Positions 37,042-48,304 of a stretch of 50,588 nt of DNA are shown here, piece by piece. The notes under the pieces are model-generated. The model had not been told where the DNA came from. It searched no databases and saw nothing but the letters and a program-made list of their open reading frames with translations. The position numbers and the translations under genes were made by a program. The stretch comes from Octopus bimaculoides (taxonomy: Eukaryota). The stretch is from the NCBI RefSeq assembly GCF_001194135.2, contig NC_069000.1:17901449-17952036 (forward strand), read 5' to 3'. How positions within the stretch are numbered: position 1 is the stretch's first letter; every line of letters starts with the position of its first letter.

Positions 37042-38030
37042 GTATGTTCTTATGATTTCTATAATAAAACAAAGCAACCATAAAACAGTTTATAAAGTAC
37101 GGGTGGACTCTATGTAGTTGCCCAACCTGCTGGAAATATCTTCCTAATCTTCCTCAAACAGCACTTAACCAGTTCAGTCTGATCAAGGGGATGTGTGATC
37201 AAAATTATTCCAGAAATGAGCATATTTGTAAATCTCGTCATCGTTCAACGTCCACCTTCCATGCTAGCATGGGTTGGACGATTTGACTGAGGACTGGTGA
37301 AACCAGATGGCTACACCAGGCTCCAATCTGATTTGACAGTGTTTCTACAGCTGGATGCCCTTCCTAAAGCCAACCACTCAGAGAGTGTAGTGGGTGCTTT
37401 TACGGNNNNNNNNNNNNNNNNNNNNNNNNNNNNNNNNNNNNNNNNNNNNNNNNNNNNNNNNNNNNNNNNNNNNNNNNNNNNNNNNNNNNNNNNNNNNNNN
37501 NNNNNNNNNNNNNNNNNNNNNNNNNNNNNNNNNNNNNNNNNNNNNNNNNNNNNNNNNNNNNNNNNNNNNNNNNNNNNNNNNNNNNNNNNNNNNNNNNNNN
37601 NNNNNNNNNNNNNNNNNNNNNNNNNNNNNNNNNNNNNNNNNNNNNNNNNNNNNNNNNNNNNNNNNNNNNNNNNNGTCATCGTTCAACGTCCACCTTCCAT
37701 GCTAGCATGGGTTGGACGATTTGACTGAGGACTGGTGAAACCAGATGGCTACACCAGGCTCCAATCTGATTTGACAGTGTTTCTACAGCTGGATGCCCTT
37801 CCTAAAGCCAACCACTCAGAGAGTGTAGTGGGTGCTTTTACGGTTAGATTATCCAATACATCTTTCATTTTTTTAAAGACGGTAGTATGTGATTTGAGGG
37901 AAATTTGGTTGCTATTCACGGTAGGTTGAACAGTCATGTAGAGGTTCCTTTTGCTTGTATTGTTGATATTCTCTTCCTTCTCCTCCTGTCATTATTCTTC
38001 ATTTAGAGCCTAATTCCTATTATTTTGTAG

Positions 38031-38074
38031 GCCCTTGACAATGAGAGACCGGCATCTCCTACTCCTTCTGTTGA
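38031..38074 (+). CDS. PROSER3: PROSER3-like coding exon 6
   Basis: tattattttgtag acceptor and gtaagt donor, phase 0 to 2. Encodes ALDNERPASPTPSV (Pro/Ser-rich). Confidence 0.75.
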
Positions 38075-39848
38075 GTAAGTCTTACAAAATTTATAAATTT
38101 ATATATTTGTTTTTTTTTCTTGATTTCCTATTTTATTGGTTCACACTTTGGCTGCCATTACTCAACTTTCATCCATCTTACATCCACTGACATCATCATC
38201 ATCGTCTTCTTCTTCACCACCCCTCACTCCCCCCTCCTCCTCCATCATCATCATATAACATCTCCTTCCATGCTGGCCTGGGTTGGATGGTTTGACAGAA
38301 TTTGACAAGTTAGAGGACTGTATTGAATTCCAAAGTCTGTTTCAGCATGGTTTCTACAGCTGAATGCCCTTCCTAATAATGCCAACCATTTTATAGAGTG
38401 TACTTGGTACTTTTTTTTGTATCACTGGCTTTAGTGAGCTCACAAAGTGCTCCACAAGACAAGACAAACCCCCCCTTGATTGAGCAGGGTGTAATATTAA
38501 GGGAAGTGGTTTATACCAGATATTGAAATGCAAGAACATGATACAGGGATAGGAACAGGTGTCTTGCTGTAGAGGAGATACATAGCTATCCCAGCTGGAA
38601 AAGGAGAGAAGATTGTAGTGATGTGGTGTCAAGATATACCTTCATGGTACAAAAGGGTGAATATGAGGGTGGGGGGGATAAGAATAGGTGGTAAGAATAG
38701 AGACAGAGGATCTAGCAAGTTCACAAGAGTGTGAGGTGAGGTGAGTGAGTGACAGATGGTTAGAGGTAAGGATATAGTGATATAGGTGATGCAGTAAATG
38801 GCAAACAGAAACATGGTCAGTGATAAATATTAGTTTGAGAGAGGAAGGTGAAGGGAATAGGGAGAAGAAGGCAATAAATAAAAGAACAAATAAAAAACAA
38901 AAATACCTATGAAAGGGTCAATGTGTCAAACTATAGGGTTTATCATTAGAATAGTTATATGTGGTTTTTTTATGCTGTTCCTAATATTTAATTAGGATTT
39001 TTTTTAATATACATTGAGTAGGAATCAAAGAGATCCATAGGCAAAAAATGATTGAGAGCCACTGATATAAAGCTTTTTCTCAGGAAGGTCATATGTAAGC
39101 AATTTCCAAGTTAGTGCAGGTGGCACGTAAAAGACACCATTTTGAGCGTGGCCGTTGCCAGTACTGCCTGACTGGCCTTTGTGCCGGTGGCACGTAAAAG
39201 CACCCACTACACTCTCGGAGTGGTTGGCGTTAGGAAGGGCATCCAGCTGTAGAAACTCTGCCAAATCAGATTGGAGCCTGGTGTAACCACCTGGTTCACC
39301 AGTCCTCAGTCAAATCATCCAACCCATGCTAGCATGGAAAGCTGACGTTAAACGATGATAGATAGATAGATAGATATAGTGGTAGTGGTAACCAGTAATA
39401 TACGATATTTCTATCAAGTGTGAACTGTGAAAGGATTAACGTATAAATGGCACAGTTTGTGGAGGTGCATGGCTTAATGGTCATGGCCTCACAGTCATAA
39501 GATTGGGACTTTGATTCCTGGACCGGGCAATACATTGTATTCTTGAGTGAAAACACTTCACTTCATGTTGCTCCAGTTCACTTAGCTGTAGAAACGAGTA
39601 CTACTGGTGGAGGTGCATTGCTTAGTGGTTAGGGTGTTGGATTCATGACCATAAGATTGTAGTTTCGATCCTTGGACAGGCAATCCATTGTGTTCTTGAA
39701 CAAACACTTCATTTCATATCCACTCAGCTGTAGAAATAAGTTTAGTTTAGAGAGGGGTGGGCTCCACCAGGCTTTCTCACTCCAGATATGCTGTTTAGCT
39801 GTAGTGCCTCAACAACTCCCAAGGGGTTAAAGGACTTGTCAAACACAG

Positions 39849-40056
39849 TTTTTACTCTTTAACTTGTTTCAGTCATTTTGACTGCAGCCATGCTGGAGCA
39901 CCGCCTTTAGTCAAACAAACTGACCCCAGGACTTATTCTTTGTAAGCCTAGTACTTATTCTGTTCATCTGTTTTGCTGAACCGCTAAGTTATGGGGATGT
40001 AAACACTACGACATTGGTTGTCAAGCAATGGTAGGGGGACAAATGCACAAATATGT

Positions 40057-40096
<40 letters not shown>

Positions 40097-40358
40097 NNNN
40101 NNNNNNNNNNNNNNNNNNNNNNNNNNNNNNNNNNNNNNNNNNNNNNNNNNTTTTTACTCTTTAACTTGTTTCAGTCATTTTGACTGCAGCCATGCTGGAG
40201 CACCGCCTTTAGTCAAACAAACTGACCCCAGGACTTATTCTTTGTAAGCCTAGTACTTATTCTGTTCATCTGTTTTGCTGAACCGCTAAGTTATGGGGAT
40301 GTAAACACTACGACATTGGTTGTCAAGCAATGGTAGGGGGACAAATGCACAAATATGT

Positions 40359-40400
<42 letters not shown>

Positions 40401-40520
40401 CGAGCTTCTTTCAGTTAATGTCTACCAAATCCACTCACAAGGCTTTGGTTAGCCTGAGGCTATAGTAGAAGACACTTGCCCAAGGTGCCCTGCAGTGGGA
40501 CTGAACCTGGAACCATTACA
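39849..40520 (-). mobile_element. SINE family A copy (3' half duplicated across the 40097-40150 gap)
   Basis: Same architecture. 39849-40096 is repeated from 40151 onward. Confidence 0.8.
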
Positions 40521-40708
40521 AATTTGGATGTTTAATCCATAAGCTGTAGATTTTGTTTTGTGCCTGCCTATTTTGTGTGATGTATATTCTTCTTCTTCTT
40601 CACCCCTCCTCCTCTTCATGATGATGATGATGGTGGTGGTGATGGTGATGTTTTGTATATTTTGTGTTTGTATTTCTTGTTTATTTTTTCTGTGTGTATA
40701 TTTTGTAG

Positions 40709-40827
40709 GCTAAGTCATGACTCCTCATGTGATCCTGTAATCAGCTCAGAAGGTATTGGAAGTTCCACAGCTGGAGGCTCAAGTACTGATGATGTCAGTT
40801 ACAAACCCAACTTTACCCAGTTCTTGA
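40709..40827 (+). CDS. PROSER3: PROSER3-like coding exon 7
   Basis: atattttgtag acceptor and gtaagt donor, phase 2 to 1. Ser-rich LSHDSSCDPVISSEGIGSSTAGGSSTDDVSYKPNFTQFL. Confidence 0.75.
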
Positions 40828-42397
40828 GTAAGTTATTCTCCTCTCCTCAACATTCATAGCTAAGCACTAAGGCGGCAAGTTGGCAAAATCGTTAGCCTGC
40901 CGGGCAAAATACTTAGCAGTATTCTGTCCATCTTTATGTTCTGAGTTCAAGTCCTGCTGAAATTGACTTTGCCTTTCATTCTTTCGGGGTCAATAAAATA
41001 AGTACTGGTTGAGCACTGGGATTGGTGTAATTGACCTATTCCTCCCCTAAACCAATGTTTATTGCAAAGCACTGGGAGTCAGAATCGGAAGAGTGTTGGA
41101 CCAAATGCTGTGTGGTATTTGATTTCATCTACTCACCATTCTAGAATAAAATCCTGCTCAGGTCGATGTTTAGTTTTCATTCTTTCAAAATTGATAAAAT
41201 AAATATCAGTCTACAAAAACTGAACTTCATATAATGGATTTTATCATTGAAAACCTTGTAAACCCATGCCAGCATGGATATATATATATATATATATATA
41301 TATANNNNNNNNNNNNNNNNNNNNNNNNNNNNNNNNNNNNNNNNNNNNNNNNNNNNNNNNNNNNNNNNNNNNNNNNNNNNNNNNNNNNNNNNNNNNNNNN
41401 NNNNNNNNNNNNNNNNNNNNNNNNNNNNNNNNNNNNNNNNNNNNNNNNNNNNNNNNNNNNNNNNNNNNNNNNNNNNNNNNNNNNNNNNNNNNNNNNNNNN
41501 NNNNNNNNNNNNNNNNNNNNNNNNNNNNNNNNNNNNNNNNNNNNNNNNNNNNNNNNNNNNNNNNNNNNNNNNNNNNNNNNNNNNNNNNNNNNNNNNNNNN
41601 NNNNNNNNNNNNNNNNNNNNNNNNNNNNNNNNNNNNNNNNNNNNNNNNNNNNNNNNNNNNNNNNNNNNNNNNNNNNNNNNNNNNNNNNNNNNNNNNNNNN
41701 NNNNNNNNNNNNNNNNNNNNNNNNNNNNNNNNNTCCTGCTTAACACAAACTTTTAACCCTTTTTTTAAACCTAACACAACTCTCAATTCTCATGCATCCT
41801 TATTTTTCCAACCATTATTTACATGAACTACCATTGAACTTCAAAAGCTCAAAGACAATATAATGTATTGGTATATTTATTTTTTTATATATTATTTTCT
41901 TCATTTTGTACTTCTTTGTAAAAGACATTTTCATTCTCCCTCTTCTTGAAAATTTGCTTCACAATGAAAGCCGGTTAGAGAAATCTTTATTAAAACATGC
42001 TTCCAGTTTAGCATTCTGCCTTATTATTATTTTTCATTTTCCTATTATTTCTCCACGTGCGGTTAACACAACCCCACTATTTACTGACTTATAGATATAT
42101 ATATATATGAAAAAATTATGATGGTTATGATATGAATAATTTGTGGATGTTGGACAGCTTGTACCCCTCCTTCTTCTAGAATTCAATGATGGCACATTGC
42201 TTCTGCTTAAAACTCATTATTTGTCTGCAATGAAGAAGACTTATTTTGCTGTCTGACTTATTTTGCTCTCTGACCCATGCAAGCATGTTAAGGAGCATGT
42301 TAAATGCTGATGATGATGGTGTGAGGTATATTGTTGAATACACATAAATACTTGACTGTAATGGAATTAAAATAAAACATGGAATTCCTGTGTAATT

Positions 42398-42434
<37 letters not shown>

Positions 42435-43139
42435 AAGATTGATCAAGTCAACAAGGCCAGGTAGGACTTGATTGATCAAACAGGTGTTCTTTTTGTATAG
42501 GGGTCAGGTTTGACTGAACTGAATAATCCATTGAGTGCTAAAGTGTTAAGCTCCTTTTTTTAAACGGTTACTACCTCCTGCTATCTTTCAAAACTCACAA
42601 AGAAATTTGTGCAGTAAAAATATTTAAAAAAAAACAATTTTTTAAAAATGAATTAGAAAGAAATAAAAGCAAGTATATATTAAATCAAAATAAAACACAA
42701 AACAGTTATAAACTGACCTATATTACTTGCGCTTAACCTCCGGCTGAATCAGCCACCCCCACAACGAACACAGTACCACACCAACTCCAGCAATGCATCG
42801 TGAGCACAATTTTAGCCCTAATAAACTTGTTATGAGGAATATATATACATAATTGGCAACCCTTAAAGATATTTGATTTCATGTGATATGTTAAACTCTT
42901 GTTCTTACTTTCTTTTTTTTTTCTTTCTATGTCTATTTAATCCATGACCCCCCACCCCCATGCAACAACAACAACAACAACACTAGCTATACAATCAAAA
43001 CCTCATGAGACCGACAGTTAATTAATTTCATAGTTATATAATGAGGAGATGAGATTTTTGGAAAAAAAAAAGGGGTTTATGCACATACACAAACACAAAC
43101 ATACACGCATATATGTATTATGTGTATATAAATAAATAA

Positions 43140-43188
<49 letters not shown>

Positions 43189-44841
43189 TTATATAACATG
43201 TATATGCATTATATACCTATATATGTATGCAAATTATGTATACATANNNNNNNNNNNNNNNNNNNNNNNNNNNNNNNNNNNNNNNNNNNNNNNNNNNNNN
43301 NNNNNNNNNNNNNNNNNNNNNNNNNNNNNNNNNNNNNNNNNNNNNNNNNNNNNNNNNNNNNNNNNNNNNNNNNNNNNNNNNNNNNNNNNNNNNNNNNNNN
43401 NNNNNNNNNNNNNNNNNNNNNNNNNNNNNNNNNNNNNNNNNNNNNNNNNNNNNNNNNNNNNNNNNNNNNNNNNNNNNNNNNNNNNNNNNNNNNNNNNNNN
43501 NNNNNNNNNNNNNNNNNNNNNNNNNNNNNNNNNNNNNNNNNNNNNNNNNNNNNNNNNNNNNNNNNNNNNNNNNNNNNNNNNNNNNNNNNNNNNNNNNNNN
43601 NNNNNNNNNNNNNNNNNNNNNNNNNNNNNNNNNNNNNNNNNNNNNNNNNNNNNNNNNNNNNNNNNNNNNNNNNNNNNNNNNNNNNNNNNNNNNNNNNNNN
43701 NNNNNNNNNNNNNNNNNNNNNNNNNNNNNNNNNNNNNNNNNNNNNNNNNNNNNNNNNNNNNNNNNNNNNNNNNNNNNNNNNNNNNNNNNNNNNNNNNNNN
43801 NNNNNNNNNNNNNNNNNNNNNNNNNNNNNNNNNNNNNNNNNNNNNNNNNNNNNNNNNNNNNNNNNNNNNNNNNNNNNNNNNNNNNNNNNNNNNNNNNNNN
43901 NNNNNNNNNNNNNNNNNNNNNNNNNNNNNNNNNNNNNNNNNNNNNNNNNNNNNNNNNNNNNNNNNNNNNNNNNNNNNNNNAATTAGGGATTTAGCTTTTA
44001 TTTCCTCCTCCTCGTTTTCTGTTTTTTTCATTGCTACTGCCATCACCACCACCACCACCACCACCAAAACCACCACCACAACCACCACCACCGCCACCAT
44101 CGTCATCATCATCGTCACAACCTCCACCACTATAACTGCCACATCCAATCTCATCGTCCCTAATATTAATCATCATCATTGTTGTAAACACTGTCATTAT
44201 AGAAGACGGTAGCGAGGAGGAGGAGGGAGAGGGAGTGGAGATTGAGCAATGGGGACAGATTTTTTTTTTTCCCCTGTGCAGAGTGACAGTGAGGGTGTCG
44301 GTGATGGAGGTGCAAGAACTTTATAAGATGCTTTATGAAGTAACCAAAGGTATGTTAGCTCCCTGTTGTGTTCAAATCCAGATTACTCTTTACCTTTCAT
44401 TCATTCCTCCCCACCTCCCTAACAGGAGTTAGGAGAGGTCAACCAGTTAGTTGACTATATCCTCCCCCCCCAACTCACTTCTACAACATTCATTCTTTTT
44501 TTCTTTTTGTTTATTCATTTTCTTTTTATGTATTTCTCGTCTTAATGATGTAATCATATAAAACATATAATTCAATTGTAATTAGGGATTAGGGCCTTAT
44601 TATTATTATTATTATTAAGTGGGTGGATTAGCTGAATCATTAGAGTGCTGGACAAAATACCTTGCTGTATTTATTCTTTGCTTTTTGGCATCCTGAGTTC
44701 AAATCTTACTGAGGCCATCTTTCATTTACATTCTTCAGGTGTCTCAGTAAAGTTATGCACCAGTCAAATACTGGAGTTGGAGTAAGTGACTAACCCCTAT
44801 GTCTAAAAGAAATTGCTGACTTAGTGCCTAAATTAGAAACA

Positions 44842-44874
<33 letters not shown>

Positions 44875-47064
44875 GAGTGAGAGAGCAGTGCATGCCATCA
44901 AAGTGACACTGGAGTTAAATATACGAAGCCCATTATACCCATCATGACATCTGATAAGGGTACACCAGGCACATGCATCACAACCATATGTGCGCAACAT
45001 GGTGATCTCATATCAAGATAAACAGCGCATGACCTCACAGGTGGGGCCCAGTTAGAATTTTCTTCAGGTCGAGTAGCCCATCCCGCTCAAAAGGTCCCTG
45101 AATAAGGTGTGTTTAAAGATGTTGAGCAAAACACCCATGTTTCCAAAGGTGAATTATTCAAACCCCAAAGAATTCCTCTCAACACATAGCTATNNNNNNN
45201 NNNCAACATGGTGATCTCATATCAAGATAAACAGCGCATGACCTCACAGGTGGGGCCCAGTTAGAATTTTCTTCAGGTCGAGTAGCCCATCCCGCTCAAA
45301 AGGTCCCTGAATAAGGTGTGTTTAAAGATGTTGAGCAAAACACCCATGTTTCCAAAGGTGAATTATTCAAACCCCAAAGAATTCCTCTCAACACATAGCT
45401 ATGATGCTCCCCCACTACTTCTACTTGTGATCAGAGATGCACATATCATCAGCCACCAAGGGACATGCTCGACTTGGTTAAGGTCAAACAACTCACAAGC
45501 AAATCTGTGGTATTAAGCAGAATATTTGCTGTAGCCCATCTTTTTATACCAAGACAAAACAATGTACATGATAACTATTATTATTATTATTATTATTATT
45601 ATTATCATCATTATTATTATAGAATGGCAGAGTACTAGACCAAATGGTTTGTGATGTTTAGTTATGACCTTTTACATTTTGAGTTTAAATCTTAAAAGGA
45701 TTGATATTTGGCTTTTCACCTTTCCTGGGTCTATAAAATAAGTACCAGTCAAATACTGGGATTAATTTATGAAACTTTAGTCTTTGGTTTTTAATTAGGT
45801 AACCTTCAAAGATTGGGATTAAGAACTCAATTTCTGTGTCTACCCGAAGGTGGATTGTTGACCGAGTCATTGGAGAGTTTGGATAGAATATTTCACGATA
45901 TTTGATGTGATCCTCTGCACGTCCAAGTTCAAATCCCATTCAAATCAACTTTGTCAGGGCAGTGGATTGGCAGAGGTGTTACTGTATCATACAACTTCCC
46001 GGCAACACATTGTGCAAGACACTTTATTTCTCATTGCTCCAGTCCACTTAGCTGTCAAAAACGAGTTGTATGTGTAAGTCAAAGGGCTAGCCTTATTCCA
46101 TTTGATGTATTTTGCTGAATATCCTTGAGAACTACATTAAGGATATGCGTGTCCATGGAGTGCTCAGCCACTTGCACATTAATTTCATGAGCAGATTATT
46201 TTGTTGATTGAATCAGCTGGAACACTCGTCATTGTAACTGCTAGAGAGCCAGGCCTAGATAGATACTCCTTAAAGATCAGGATGATTCAAGGCCTGAACC
46301 ACTTTGATCATAGGTCTGCTCAATCAGAGCTGACCCAGGCTAAACAACAACAAAAAAACTCTACAGTGGCTCTTTTACCGGTTTCAGTCATTGGACTGCA
46401 GCTATGCTGGAGCATTGCTTTGAAGGGCTTAATTGAACTAATTGCCCCCCCCCCCCCCCCACACCAATACTTATAATTTAAACGAAGTGTGAAGGATCTC
46501 TGTGTTTGCTTGATCTGCTAGCAATAGCAGCCAAATCTTCAACTCACAATCTAATCATCATAAAAAAGTAAGGAAAGTGTTACATTAGATAATATAGTCT
46601 GAGACAACCTTAAAAAAATGAGATGGTCATGGTTGCAATGCCTTTGATCATAGGTTTGTGCATTAAAGGTTGACCTGGGGTTAAAACAACAACAGCAACA
46701 ACATCAATAGAAACCACTAGTACACACCACCATACGCACACAAAGTAAAATTTATGCAGACACACACAGGCACACACACACACACATGCAGACATACACT
46801 TCATACACACTAATCTAAATAGTATTGAGACTGAACATAATTAATTGCAGCTGTTGGCCTGCACTTAACAAGGATAAACACATCATGAGATTAGTTGAAG
46901 AGATTTAGAAGGAAGGAAGGAGAAGTGAAGGAAGTTTAAGGTATTATTAATGAAAATGGGATTCAGTTAAATTAAACTTGAGTTTAATGTATGTTTTATC
47001 ACAGATCACCATTTGGTGTACATAACAGCAGGGAGGAAGGGCCAAGGGGACACTAATACATACA

Positions 47065-47098
<34 letters not shown>

Positions 47099-47277
47099 CA
47101 TGTATTCAGGCATACATACACACATACATATATATATATACAAAAACATGCAGTTATACTAAAACATCTAAACATGCACATTTATTTGATCACACCTATA
47201 CATATATTGACACACTCACGTACATACTCATAGATGCATGCACAATATGTATGTATGTATGTGTGTGTGTGCGTATG

Positions 47278-47516
47278 TAGTATTTAAAAACTCATATCGG
47301 TGGTTCATAACACATTCCCATACATCTGCATCTGAGGAATAGGCTTCTCACATCAGGAGTCTGTTTGATATAAAATAATGGTCAAAATAACGTCATTTGT
47401 CTATATAAGCATTTTCCCCACATATATTTTATGACGTGTGCATTTTAGCAGAGGTTTAAACTCTGCTGTATTCTTTGTGTGTGTTATGAACCTCCGATAT
47501 GAGTTTTTAAATACTA
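47278..47516. mobile_element. MITE-like element with 37-bp terminal inverted repeats
   Basis: 47278-47314 is the reverse complement of 47480-47516 with 1 mismatch. About 165 bp non-coding interior. Confidence 0.7.
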
Positions 47517-48009
47517 AACACATACACACACATGCTGAAAGTGGACTGACACATTTCTGTAAAATAAAGAACTGTCAGAAGTTCAGGAGTAAGTAGTTCA
47601 CTGTGAGCCATTGGCAGAGAGTGTCTAACCTTGTGTAACAATAATAGTAGTGCGTCATGTAAATACTTCTTTCTCCTTGCTTTGTTAAATTATTTATCCA
47701 ACATCAGGATATAAAAGCGGTCACGAGTTATTCGAAGCTTGTGTTGGAGATTTAGAAATTTCTTTTGGTATGAAAACCAAAGAAAAAATCGTTTGACATA
47801 GAGAACTTATTGGCCTCCATGGTGCAGTTGCAACACTGGGGTACTATATTATTAAGCTATGATTTTAAGATGGAATATTTACCATCAAAGAAATTAGGAC
47901 ACGCTGATTGTTGAGAAATTTTTCCTCTTTGTAAGGGTAATTTACCCAATATTTCTGCCGTTCTAACAGCGTTTCTGTGTTTGAAAATAAATTATCTTAT
48001 TTGTATCTT

Positions 48010-48103
<94 letters not shown>

Positions 48104-48116
48104 GTTTGTGATACAG

Positions 48117-48304
48117 ATTCAACAAAGAAAGATTCTGATGTAGACAAATACAACTGTGGGCTACCATTCAGTCAGTACTGGAAAGACAACCTTGATAATG
48201 ACCTTCTCTATCAATGGCGTGTGAAACGACGGATTCAGTTGGCTCGTGAACAGGCTCAGTACAAGCAGGGCTACCAGGTGTCACACCCATCAAATCAGGC
48301 ACGG
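48117..48304 (+). CDS. PROSER3: PROSER3-like coding exon 8 (further exons not found in the window)
   Basis: gtttgtgatacag acceptor and probable gtaatt donor, phase 1 to 0. Contains DNDLLYQWRVKRRIQLAREQ, matching the recalled PROSER3 motif DDILYQWRxRRKLEQAR. Confidence 0.85.

Noticed and set aside
37237-37843. Identical 169-bp direct repeat on both sides of gap 37406-37674
   Set aside because: Both copies end in the same non-consensus bases and abut the gap. This is the signature of unmerged overlapping contig ends, not a real duplication.
39849-40397. Identical duplication of a SINE 3' half across gap 40097-40150
   Set aside because: Assembly artefact at a (TA)n tract.
44995-45402. Identical 199-bp tandem duplication around a 10-N gap
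   Set aside because: Contig-overlap artefact.
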